From Clostridiaceae bacterium (lineage in GTDB: Bacteria; Bacillota; Clostridia; CAYPLH01; DUMO01): a stretch of 55,977 nt of DNA. The notes beneath the pieces are model-generated. The model had not been told where the DNA came from. It was given only the letters and a program-made list of their open reading frames with translations, and ran no database searches. Below are positions 19,701 to 26,919 of the stretch, piece by piece (position 1 is the first letter of the stretch; every line of letters begins with the position of its first letter). The stretch lies in NCBI GenBank assembly GCA_012839865.1, contig DUMO01000028.1, positions 1 through 55,977 of the forward strand, written 5' to 3'. The position numbers were made by a program, and so were the translations under genes.

Positions 19701-22449
19701 GGTGAGGCAGGAAAATAAAAAGCAGTAAAACCCTGAGCAGTGTTGCCTTAAGGCCAGTGATAACCGGGATATGTCTTTTCTGGGACCTTGTCCTGAATTT
19801 TTTTGACAGGATATGATCAATCACCCCTGTCACCAGCGGGAATGCCTGTGCCAGAACCGATATTCCAAGCCAGAAAAAACAGTTGCCGGGCAATATTCCA
19901 AATCCCAGAACAATAATCAGCATTAACAGCGGCGAAACCAGACTCCTTCTGATATTGTCCAGAATCTTCCACCGGGATATTATTGACAAGGGATTTTTCA
20001 CCCTGTTGCCTTTATTGTTGACAACCGTCGGGCCAAGCCACCTTAAAAGCTGCCAGTCTCCCCGAACCCAGCGGTGGGCCCTGTTTGAAAATGAAATATA
20101 CTTTGAGGGGAAACTGTCAATAAGCTCTATATCCGTCACAAGTCCGGCCCTTACATAGGAACCTTCCAAAAGGTCATGACTCAGTACGGTGTTTTGAGGA
20201 ATCGCATCCTTAAGCAAATTGTAGAAAACTTCAAGGTCATATATGCCTTTACCTGTAAAAATACCTTCCCCAAACAGGTCCTGATATATATCCGATACCG
20301 CGTTGGAATATGGATCAATCCCGTATTCCCCCGCAAAAATACGTGAAAAGAGGGATTTATTTGCACTTTCAAGGTCTACTCCTATCCGGGGCTGCAACAG
20401 CCCGTACCCGTCAACCACAATTCCTTTGTTTTTATCTATTACCGGACGGTTCAATGTGTGCATCATGGTCCCTATAAGCCGCTTTGCTCCATCTATGGGC
20501 AGCATTGTATCTGCATCAAGGGTTATAACATACTTGATTTTGGGCAGCTTGCCAATATCATCAGATTTAATGGAATAGGATGTGTTTTCGTCCCCCAGGA
20601 GCATTGCATTAAACTCCATAAGGGCTCCTCTTTTTCGCTCCCATCCCATCCATTTGTTCTGCCTTTTATTGAGCTGCCTGTGCCGGCAGAGAAAATAGAA
20701 GATGGGGGCTTCATCTCTCTTATGCTTTTCATTAAGCTGTCTTACAACCTCAAGGGCTGTATCCGCAATTCTTTTGTCGGTGGGCAAAGTCTCCTCATCA
20801 GCATCCCTGAAATCCCCAAGAAGGGCAAAAAACAAGTTTTCGTCCTTATTTGCAAGGTAATGGACTTCAAGGTTCAAAACAAGTTCCCTGGCGGTGCTTT
20901 CATCCGTCAGGAGCGCCGGAACCACAACCATTGAAGCATTATCCCGGTCTATTCCGTCCTTTAATTCGAGTTTTGGAATAAAAGCCGGCTTGAAACTATG
21001 ACTGAGTATCCAGTTGACTAAATTCAAAGCAATATCGGAAGCCGGTATGATTGCTATCAAGACAGCAATAATTGCTGCCGGATGATTGTTATTTGAAGCC
21101 TTCAGTGCATATCTTGCCGCAAAACACACCAGCAATACCGTAAGGACGGAGATTGAACCTAAATACAACAATGCAGGGTACTTTCCCAACCTGCCATGAA
21201 TTTTACCGAAAATGCCACACTTGTAACCCATTTCTTTATCAAGGTCATATACACCTTTATCGACTATATAGTATCCTACATGGGTTTTTCTTTCGTCCAT
21301 TCCCTCCACTTTCGCCTTTTGGGAAAGTTCAAGTATTTTTTGGGCAACATGGCTTTCCGATACGTTATATTTCCTTGCAAGACCTTCAAGATTATTTCTG
21401 TAGTAATTCCTTGATGGCAGGTCCATCCTGGGATATGTTCCGTCAGGGTCCTCCCTTAAGTATTTCTCACTTATGCTGAGGGATTCGAAAATTTCTATCC
21501 AGTCAATGGAGGAAATGTATTTTAAGCTTATTATGCAATTTTCAATGGAATATTTCCTTACAGCTTCATCATTATGCTCTTTCTGGGTTACCGCCTTAAG
21601 GGTGGTGCCAAATTGTGCAAGCCTCTGGTCAATAATGTGCAGTATAGACGAGCCGGAACGCCCCATTTTTCTTATCCTGTATGATAAATGCTCCAAAAAA
21701 GCAGGATTTATTTCATTCATTGCTTTAATCTGAGTTTCCAGGGCTTTAATGAGCTTGTCATATTCCTGCTCCCCGTCAGTGACAATACTGTCCAGAAGCT
21801 TGTCGGCCTTTCTTTTCTGTATCCTTGATTGCATGATTTTTTCACAGATAAACCTCAGCTTTTCAATAATGGCAATCCGGATCATGATTGACAATGTCCA
21901 CAGTTCCTGATTTGTCAGGATACTATGGGTCTGGTAGGCTTTTATATAGTTGATGAGCGTCTTGTCATCCACTTTTGCATTTGTGTGGGACACAAGCTCC
22001 AGGGCAAGGTTGTAAATTCGTGCATACCCTCTCATGGGGCCTTTTTCAAGTATGGGAAGGAGTGAATACTGTTTTTTTGTCAAATCCCTTCGGATGCTTT
22101 TTACCTGCTCCTCAATAATGTAAAAATTGTCCAGGAGCCATTCAGCCGCAGGTGACGTTTTGTGCATGTTTTGCACATCCAGATTCAAGCTCTTGTAGAC
22201 ATAAATAATATATTTATAATTATCGTTCATTCTCGGTACAGGCCAGTTGATTGCAAGGCTCTTTTTAACACTGCCCTGTTCAAAAGCCATGTGTTTTGCA
22301 TGTTCTTCCAGTTCCTCACTTGTCAATGAAGCATCATGGATTTTTAAATCAAGTATTCTTCTGTCTCTTGACTGCAGCAAAAAAAGCTGCAATAAAATAA
22401 TAATTGCTGCTATAAATCCGATTGCTCCGATTAAACTGTAATATTGCAT
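13705..22449 (-). CDS. cgs: Cyclic beta-1,2-glucan synthase (NdvB/ChvB/Cgs): GT84 + central transglycosylase-type domain + GH94 phosphorylase-like domain
   Basis: 2914 aa; AEWLLDNFY, WERKRG, VITLDADT, SHDLLEG, HRWVRGDWQL, TM block, RTSPTNIG, YYDLLASEAR, WSGTMFEYLMP, QSGGAFGYRDQLQD, GSGDWNDGMN, ENGGQYTH. Confidence 0.92.
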   Translation of the reverse strand: MQYYSLIGAIGFIAAIIILLQLFLLQSRDRRILDLKIHDASLTSEELEEHAKHMAFEQGSVKKSLAINWPVPRMNDNYKYIIYVYKSLNLDVQNMHKTSPAAEWLLDNFYIIEEQVKSIRRDLTKKQYSLLPILEKGPMRGYARIYNLALELVSHTNAKVDDKTLINYIKAYQTHSILTNQELWTLSIMIRIAIIEKLRFICEKIMQSRIQKRKADKLLDSIVTDGEQEYDKLIKALETQIKAMNEINPAFLEHLSYRIRKMGRSGSSILHIIDQRLAQFGTTLKAVTQKEHNDEAVRKYSIENCIISLKYISSIDWIEIFESLSISEKYLREDPDGTYPRMDLPSRNYYRNNLEGLARKYNVSESHVAQKILELSQKAKVEGMDERKTHVGYYIVDKGVYDLDKEMGYKCGIFGKIHGRLGKYPALLYLGSISVLTVLLVCFAARYALKASNNNHPAAIIAVLIAIIPASDIALNLVNWILSHSFKPAFIPKLELKDGIDRDNASMVVVPALLTDESTARELVLNLEVHYLANKDENLFFALLGDFRDADEETLPTDKRIADTALEVVRQLNEKHKRDEAPIFYFLCRHRQLNKRQNKWMGWERKRGALMEFNAMLLGDENTSYSIKSDDIGKLPKIKYVITLDADTMLPIDGAKRLIGTMMHTLNRPVIDKNKGIVVDGYGLLQPRIGVDLESANKSLFSRIFAGEYGIDPYSNAVSDIYQDLFGEGIFTGKGIYDLEVFYNLLKDAIPQNTVLSHDLLEGSYVRAGLVTDIELIDSFPSKYISFSNRAHRWVRGDWQLLRWLGPTVVNNKGNRVKNPLSIISRWKILDNIRRSLVSPLLMLIIVLGFGILPGNCFFWLGISVLAQAFPLVTGVIDHILSKKFRTRSQKRHIPVITGLKATLLRVLLLFIFLPHQAYFMSHAVLKTLYRLAVSRRNMLEWVPAAAVEKQSHKGVLSFWGKMRPSVFVALLVVVSSLIYKPVTLLVSVPLFLIWCSAPFVAWYISISIDEDNIELGSSDIQDLRKLARKTWRYFEEFMNQKNHYLPPDNYQEDPPNGIAYRTSPTNIGLGLLSAVTARDMGYIGTYELYKMVYDTISTVERMEKWNGHLLNWYDTRSLYPLRPRYVSTVDSGNFVGYLIVLSQSLQEYLQKPIFDTVFIQGLEDTISLVEPNNVQDKFGFESLAKLRTAGDQSLVMWARVLDEISANCKKINCHKSVWKSKVEHMMQKHKKELMEFARWIYVLESFPESAVNGDFEKQGEIPERLKKIIEVLKSNTTVAQIAEYGDILNELRNIHESLSGSNYNNPELFAWLEELSKAVAKSVENTGKFIEKYTELVRKIDKLADETEFIHLYDKKKQLFSIGYNIEDNELTNSYYDLLASEARQASYIAIARGEVEQKHWFRMGRTLTVIDYYKGLVSWSGTMFEYLMPLLIMKRYKNTLLDETYSFVVRSQKKYGKQRRVPWGTSESGFYSLDINLNYQYKAFGLPWLGLKRGLIEDMVVAPYATLLALPIDPEGAMENIRKLIKEGLDGPYGFYEAVDYTPERLPFGSNKGIVKSFMAHHQGMSLLSLNNFLNKDIMQERFHRDPVIKSAQLLLQEKVPTNIVFTKENKEKITPFKDIVYSEGDSVRIFKKPDPVIPRTHILSNGSYSVMVTDRGTGYSRCNNLDVTRWREDLTCDCYGMFFYIRNVETNTVWNAILEPDGNLPEKYSVTFTPDKAKFSRTDKDISTQTEIVVASGENAEIRMLSIANHGKTPAVIEVTSYMEIVLANHGGDVVHPAFSNLFIETEYVPEYRSLLAKRRPRADTGRTMWMVNTMVVEGDEVGGVQYETDRSNFIGRGHTAANPAAMVKNKPLSNTVGPVLDPIMSFRQLLRIEPGDTARISFITAVADSKSDLLEIAEKYQDTDNIEAAFRLALTRSRVEARYLNLKPFEMEIYQDMMSHILYISPLLRKKESHILKNELGQSSLWAFGISGDLPIVIVVLKKMDEVDIVYEVLKAHEYWRVKDLKVDLVILNEEEAGYTHPLQTLLADVVCTSHGQELMNKPGGVFIIKSNELTEAEMNLLYTAARIVLTSDGGYVYEQIQTPGELKLPPYKKFTRQPGDYGFAKPMEEGLEFFNGIGGFGKKGREYVIRLNESMHTPLPWVNVIANERMGFLITESGGGHTWFENSRENKITPWSNDPVSDTPGEVFYISDSDTGEIWTITPLPVREKTPYVIRHGFGYTVFEHASHGIEQSMTVFVPRRDPVKVTLVKLTNHTREERNLTLTYYIRPVLGVSDQFTARYLVTSTTGDNALMVENKYNDEFKGTVAFVDMTGNSKTITGNRKDFLGTGDLKSPEGLKRQKLSGTVGAGMDPCAAVQTNIKLAPSETCEVVLLLGMEYGRQEADELRKKYRDINTVKNSLEEVAGFWNRLLDTIRIKTPDNSMNLILNGWLLYQVIVCRLWARSAFYQSGGAFGYRDQLQDVMAVLEIWPELARRQILLHAAHQFVEGDVLHWWHEQGDKGTRTRYSDDYLWLPYVTSKYVKATGDFDILKETVPFLEGQFLQEHEHEIYIRPKVSSSTATLYEHCKRALEYGFKFGSHGLPLMGSGDWNDGMNLVGHEGKGESVWLGWFLYANIMDFLPLCEAMGDNESAERYKSVAENLVKSIEENAWDGSWYRRAYFDDGTPLGSVQNNECKIDSISQSWAVISKAANPERVAEAIDSLENYLVRRDEGLIKLLTPPFDICEPSPGYIKGYVPGVRENGGQYTHAAAWVILAFAMLGQGDKAWELFELINPINHSRTHIEYSRYKVEPYVMPADVYSVHPHTGRGGWTWYTGSAGWVYKVGIEYILGLKKNGEELVIDPCIPRHWPEFSTEYRYGRSLYQINVKNPKGVNKGVVEVAVDGVQVESESGSIKLVDDGKTHNVVVTLG

Positions 22450-22689
22450 ATTGTGTGACCATCCCCTGTCTATACTTGAAAAAAATTCATCAGCTTTATA
22501 TTATGGTTGTCAAAAAGTTCTTTTTTAATACAGGGGATTTCACATCGACAGGCTGCATGGCAAATACAGCAGCATGTTTCGGGTATTATTTCATGTACAT
22601 TCAGCTCTTATAACAAGTAAAGAATTAGTAAGAAGTGGGATAGTTGAATCGAACGAATGAAATGATTGGCACTGTTTCATCAGTCAATA

Positions 22690-25359
22690 CTACATTTTTA
22701 TGATTTGCACATCCAGTTCAGATTCTAGCCTCTCCACCATCCAATCATGGCAGGTAAACACAAAAACCTGCCTGTTTTCCGCCAGTTTTTTCAGTATATC
22801 AATGCTGTTCTTAAATCTCACTCCATCCCAGTTGACAAATACCTCATCCATGAATATCGGCAATCTTTCATTTACAGGGTCCAGGTGGTCCACCAATGCC
22901 AGCCTCAATGCAAGATAAACCTGTTCCCGGGTGCCCCTGCTTAACAGGCTGACTTCCCTGGTTTTGCCCGACCCGGCCTCCCGCACTTCCATGGTGTCTT
23001 TTTCCTTCTCCGACAAAAGCAGCCTGTCGTAACTTCCCGAGGTTATTATATAAAGATATGTCCCCGCTTTTTTCAGCACATCAGGCTGGTGTTCCTCACG
23101 GAAAGTCCTGTCGGCCTCCTTTAAAATATTGCATAGCAATACCAGCCTGTCCCTTTCAGTTTCAACTTTTCCAAGTTCATCCTTCAGGCTGGCCGTTTCC
23201 CCTTGTATGTCCGCAGGACTTCTCCTTACGATACGGTACTCAATATCCTTTTTTAATGTGCCGATTTCTTCCATAAGGGTGTTGATCCTGCCCTCCAGTA
23301 TTTCCTTCTCCTCCTTGAGGCTTAATATTGCCTCCTCATCAATTTGTGTATTATACCGGTTGAAAAAGCTGTCCGGATCATTTATCATCCCGTCAAGGCC
23401 GGGGTGCTCGCCATAAAGGTTGTCCAAAATACTTTCTGCACTTTGAAGGTACCTTCTCTGCCTTATAAATGCCTCGCTCTTTTCCTCCGGAGTATTTCCC
23501 TCCATTTCCTTCAGGCCTTCCAATATTGCATCCATTTCTTCTTTTAGGTTTTCATATTCCTTCCTGGCACTATTTTGCTCATCCTGAAGATGCTTCATCT
23601 CAAACAAGGCTTCCTCATTCTCCCGAAAAAGCCTTTCGCTTTTCTCAAGACATATTTCAAGGTAATTTATTTTATCGGAGAGATTTTCAAATTCCGGCTT
23701 TTTCCCAATTAAATCAAAAACCTTGTTTATATCATTTTTGTCAGAATCAAGCCTTGCACTAATATCACTAATTCTTCTTCCTGTTTCAGTTACGCAAACG
23801 GCAACCTCTTTAAGTTCCGCCAAGTCCACAGCAAGGCCCATATCCGGGTTGTCCAGCCGCTCACGTGGAGTTGGCAAGCCTGACAGCATCGTTTTCAACT
23901 CCACCAAAATTCTGTCTTTTTGCTCTTTTATCTTATTTGCCTTTGTTTCATATTCTTTCAGGTCGTATTGCCCTTTCCTGTTGAAAAACCACCATGCAAG
24001 GACAAGGCAGGCGGAAAACAAACCGGCAATAAGGCCCGGATACACACTGTTTCCTTTGATCACTCCAGCAACCCCAAGCAAAAATACTGCAATTGATACA
24101 AAGGGTGTAAAGCCCGGAAGCTTTTTCCTGTTTACTTGCTCCTTTAATAGCTCCATCCGGGCATATTCATTCATGTATTGATTATTCAACAAGGTAAAAT
24201 TATTGATTGCAGTCCGGATTCTGTCGGGGTTGATTGATTCCAGATCTTTCATATATTCTTCATTCCACTTTGTTTCAAAACTTCTGCTCCAGACACTATG
24301 CAATTTATTTTTATATATGCAAGCTTCCCGGCAAAGCCTTTGATGCTCTTCGGTATCGGCTTTTATCCTGTCGTATGCCTTAATAAGCACTTTTATTTTG
24401 TCTGAGTTTTTCAATACCACTTCATTATCTTTCGTAAAAGTTTGAATTTTTTCATATAAATATTTCTCCCGGGAAATATTTCCCTCTATAATCCCCGTCA
24501 GTTCCTTAAGCCTGTCATGTATCTCATTAAGTCTTTGAGCAGGGTTTTCGGGAAGGTGCTTAAGGTGTTCTGCTTTCCCGGCCAGCTTTTTCAATAGTTC
24601 CGCCTTTTCCAGTTGTTTTTTTACTGGCAAAAGCTCCTCAAGCCTGCTCATCATAGCAATGATACGCGCCTTTTCCTCCCTTTTTTGAACAAGCTCTTTT
24701 TCCTTTTCAAGAAGTTCAACTTTATCTTTTCTTAGAAAAATTTCATTATTAACGGCTTCCTTCAGTTCCGCCTCAAGGGATCGTATCTTTTCTTCTATTT
24801 CCTTTGCAACAGGTTTCCCCCGCCGGTCACCTCTCCACAATTGGTTGGCGTATGTTTCAATATCACTGGTTACTTTGGCCACAGGGTTTAAAAAACTTGC
24901 ATATTGACCGCCCAATAGCCTGTCCTGTACCGATTGCCATGCCTCTGATCTGGGGAAATTCATGCTGTCCATGTCCAGGGCGTATATCTCGTAAAATATC
25001 TCCATTGGCAGGTTTGCCACCTCCGGAACCGGGTGGTTTCTAATATCCTCCACCATGTCACCACGGACTACTTTCCCTGTAATGCTGCCTGCCAGCTTCC
25101 GGGTTATCTGAATTTCACTGCCATCCTGCAGGATTATGCTGCTTGTTAATGACGCGAAGGCATTATCCCATGGCACATATGGATTTTTTTCAACTGATGC
25201 AGGACTAAATCCGTACAAAATGCCGGCAACCAGATTGAAAAGGGTGGATTTCCCCGCTTCGTTCCTGCCTGTTACAATTATGATGTTTTTATCGTCAAAA
25301 ATTATTTCCCTGTTTCTTAAAACCCCAAAAGCTTCAGCAATAATTCTCTTTATCTTCAT
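22690..25359 (-). CDS. yhaN: YhaN-like AAA/SMC-type ATPase
   Basis: Walker A GRNEAGKST, long coiled coil, LSRGTREQVYLALRL signature, MDEVFVNWD Walker B/D-loop, FTCH. Confidence 0.88.
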   Translation of the reverse strand: MKIKRIIAEAFGVLRNREIIFDDKNIIIVTGRNEAGKSTLFNLVAGILYGFSPASVEKNPYVPWDNAFASLTSSIILQDGSEIQITRKLAGSITGKVVRGDMVEDIRNHPVPEVANLPMEIFYEIYALDMDSMNFPRSEAWQSVQDRLLGGQYASFLNPVAKVTSDIETYANQLWRGDRRGKPVAKEIEEKIRSLEAELKEAVNNEIFLRKDKVELLEKEKELVQKREEKARIIAMMSRLEELLPVKKQLEKAELLKKLAGKAEHLKHLPENPAQRLNEIHDRLKELTGIIEGNISREKYLYEKIQTFTKDNEVVLKNSDKIKVLIKAYDRIKADTEEHQRLCREACIYKNKLHSVWSRSFETKWNEEYMKDLESINPDRIRTAINNFTLLNNQYMNEYARMELLKEQVNRKKLPGFTPFVSIAVFLLGVAGVIKGNSVYPGLIAGLFSACLVLAWWFFNRKGQYDLKEYETKANKIKEQKDRILVELKTMLSGLPTPRERLDNPDMGLAVDLAELKEVAVCVTETGRRISDISARLDSDKNDINKVFDLIGKKPEFENLSDKINYLEICLEKSERLFRENEEALFEMKHLQDEQNSARKEYENLKEEMDAILEGLKEMEGNTPEEKSEAFIRQRRYLQSAESILDNLYGEHPGLDGMINDPDSFFNRYNTQIDEEAILSLKEEKEILEGRINTLMEEIGTLKKDIEYRIVRRSPADIQGETASLKDELGKVETERDRLVLLCNILKEADRTFREEHQPDVLKKAGTYLYIITSGSYDRLLLSEKEKDTMEVREAGSGKTREVSLLSRGTREQVYLALRLALVDHLDPVNERLPIFMDEVFVNWDGVRFKNSIDILKKLAENRQVFVFTCHDWMVERLESELDVQIIKM

Positions 25360-26594
25360 TGTGCCTCCTCTTTTAAAAGCCTGGCGGTTATATCATAATC
25401 CATATTTTCCAGTAAAGAACGAAGATACCCCAAAAGCTCGTCTTCATTTGAGGAAGCCAAACCGGCTAGTCTGTCCGGCTTGAGGCTTAAAAGAAGCTTA
25501 TCATCTTCTTTCAACCGTTCAATTAATTGAAGGGCCGTACCCAACACGTGAGGCTTGTTGCAGTATCCGGCAGGGTCAACAGGTTGGGCAAGCCCGCTTG
25601 TGTCAATTTCAATATATGATAAGCCTGTCTCGGTCATAAGCTCTTCTCTAAGAGCTTCAATGTTCCCCTCAAGCTTCATTTCATTGTATAAAAGCATTGG
25701 ACCGGCAAGATTTATCCTTAAATAAATCTTTTTATTCATTGAGCCGGTTTCCTCAGCAATCCTGTTTTTTAAAAGGTCGATTAACTTATCCGGCCTGTCG
25801 ATAAAATCAAGGCCTTTTACATCCAACACAGACCAAACTATAGGCGCAATGGGCACAAACCTCAAGTCCACATACCCATCATTAATTTCAACAACATATG
25901 CCCCTTTTTGCCCGGTTTCTTTCACATTTCTGCCAATAAGATTTCCGGGGTACACAACATATGGAGAAGAAGAAACCACTTCCCTCTTGTGTATGTGTCC
26001 CAAGGCCCAGTACATATAATTCTTCTCCAGCAAATCCTCCACCTCACAGGGAGCGTACCTGTCGTGCTCGCTTCCTCCGTATCCGTTAACCATGGCATGA
26101 CATAAACCGATATGAGGTATTCCGTCCTTTGAGCATGGTTCAAAAAGCTTGGCAAGGTTTTCCGAAACAGTCTTCTTCTCATGCCCTGCTCCAATGATCC
26201 GGGCAATAACAAACCCCTGGTTGTCTTTAATTTCAACGGCCGTGGGTGAATGACTGTCGAAAACCGTCACATTGGACGGCCATGCAATACGCAACCTTTC
26301 GCTGACAGGGTCATGATTTCCCGGGGCATAGAACACCCGGATTCCTGCATCACCAAGCCGGTTTAGTTGTTCTGTCAGAAAAATTTCAGTGGCAAAACTC
26401 AAAGTTCCGCTGTCAAACAAGTCCCCTGCAATCAGCAACGCATTTGCCTTTTCCTCAATTGTCAGATCTACAACTTTTGAAAAGGACTCTTTAACATATG
26501 AAGAAAAGCTTGTACGAAAACTTTTATCCTTATTGCCAAAGGGTGTATCAAGGTGAACGTCCGCTATATGTACAAATTTAAAACTCAAGGGCAA
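25356..26594 (-). CDS. yhaO: YhaO-like (Mre11/SbcD family) DNA repair metallophosphoesterase
   Basis: HIADVHLD, IAGDLFD, GNHD, WALGHIH, YPGNLIGR; its stop overlaps the yhaN start. Confidence 0.9.
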   Translation of the reverse strand: MPLSFKFVHIADVHLDTPFGNKDKSFRTSFSSYVKESFSKVVDLTIEEKANALLIAGDLFDSGTLSFATEIFLTEQLNRLGDAGIRVFYAPGNHDPVSERLRIAWPSNVTVFDSHSPTAVEIKDNQGFVIARIIGAGHEKKTVSENLAKLFEPCSKDGIPHIGLCHAMVNGYGGSEHDRYAPCEVEDLLEKNYMYWALGHIHKREVVSSSPYVVYPGNLIGRNVKETGQKGAYVVEINDGYVDLRFVPIAPIVWSVLDVKGLDFIDRPDKLIDLLKNRIAEETGSMNKKIYLRINLAGPMLLYNEMKLEGNIEALREELMTETGLSYIEIDTSGLAQPVDPAGYCNKPHVLGTALQLIERLKEDDKLLLSLKPDRLAGLASSNEDELLGYLRSLLENMDYDITARLLKEEAQ

Positions 26595-26849
26595 ACCTCC
26601 GAAAAATTTCTCTTATTATTAAAATATCTTATTTAAACTTTGTTGTCCATGGCTAATGGTCTTACAAGCTCCTATTGCATAAAGATGCAATGTATGTTTG
26701 GAGAAAAGTCAGGAAATCCGGCCTTTTGGCACTTATTGCACCCAGTAGAATTTTATTGCATCAAACACGATGATTCTGCATTATAAACATATTATTTATA
26801 TATAAATAACACCCACGGACCTGTCAGTCAAACTTTACTTTAAGGAAAT

Positions 26850-26895
26850 AAAAACTGCCGCAGTCAGGGATGAAACTTTGACTGCGGCAGTTTTA
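26850..26895 (-). terminator. Intrinsic terminator after the 794-aa repeat protein gene
   Basis: Perfect inverted repeat AAAACTGCCGCAGTCA/TGACTGCGGCAGTTTT with T tracts. Confidence 0.85.
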
Positions 26896-26919
26896 TCATG
26901 TAGGAAATCTGTTTAATTT

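Noticed and set aside
13556..22441. Many 60-190-aa plus-strand ORFs over cgs and similar short ORFs over other long genes
   Set aside because: Antisense or out-of-frame shadows with no RBS or recognisable motif.
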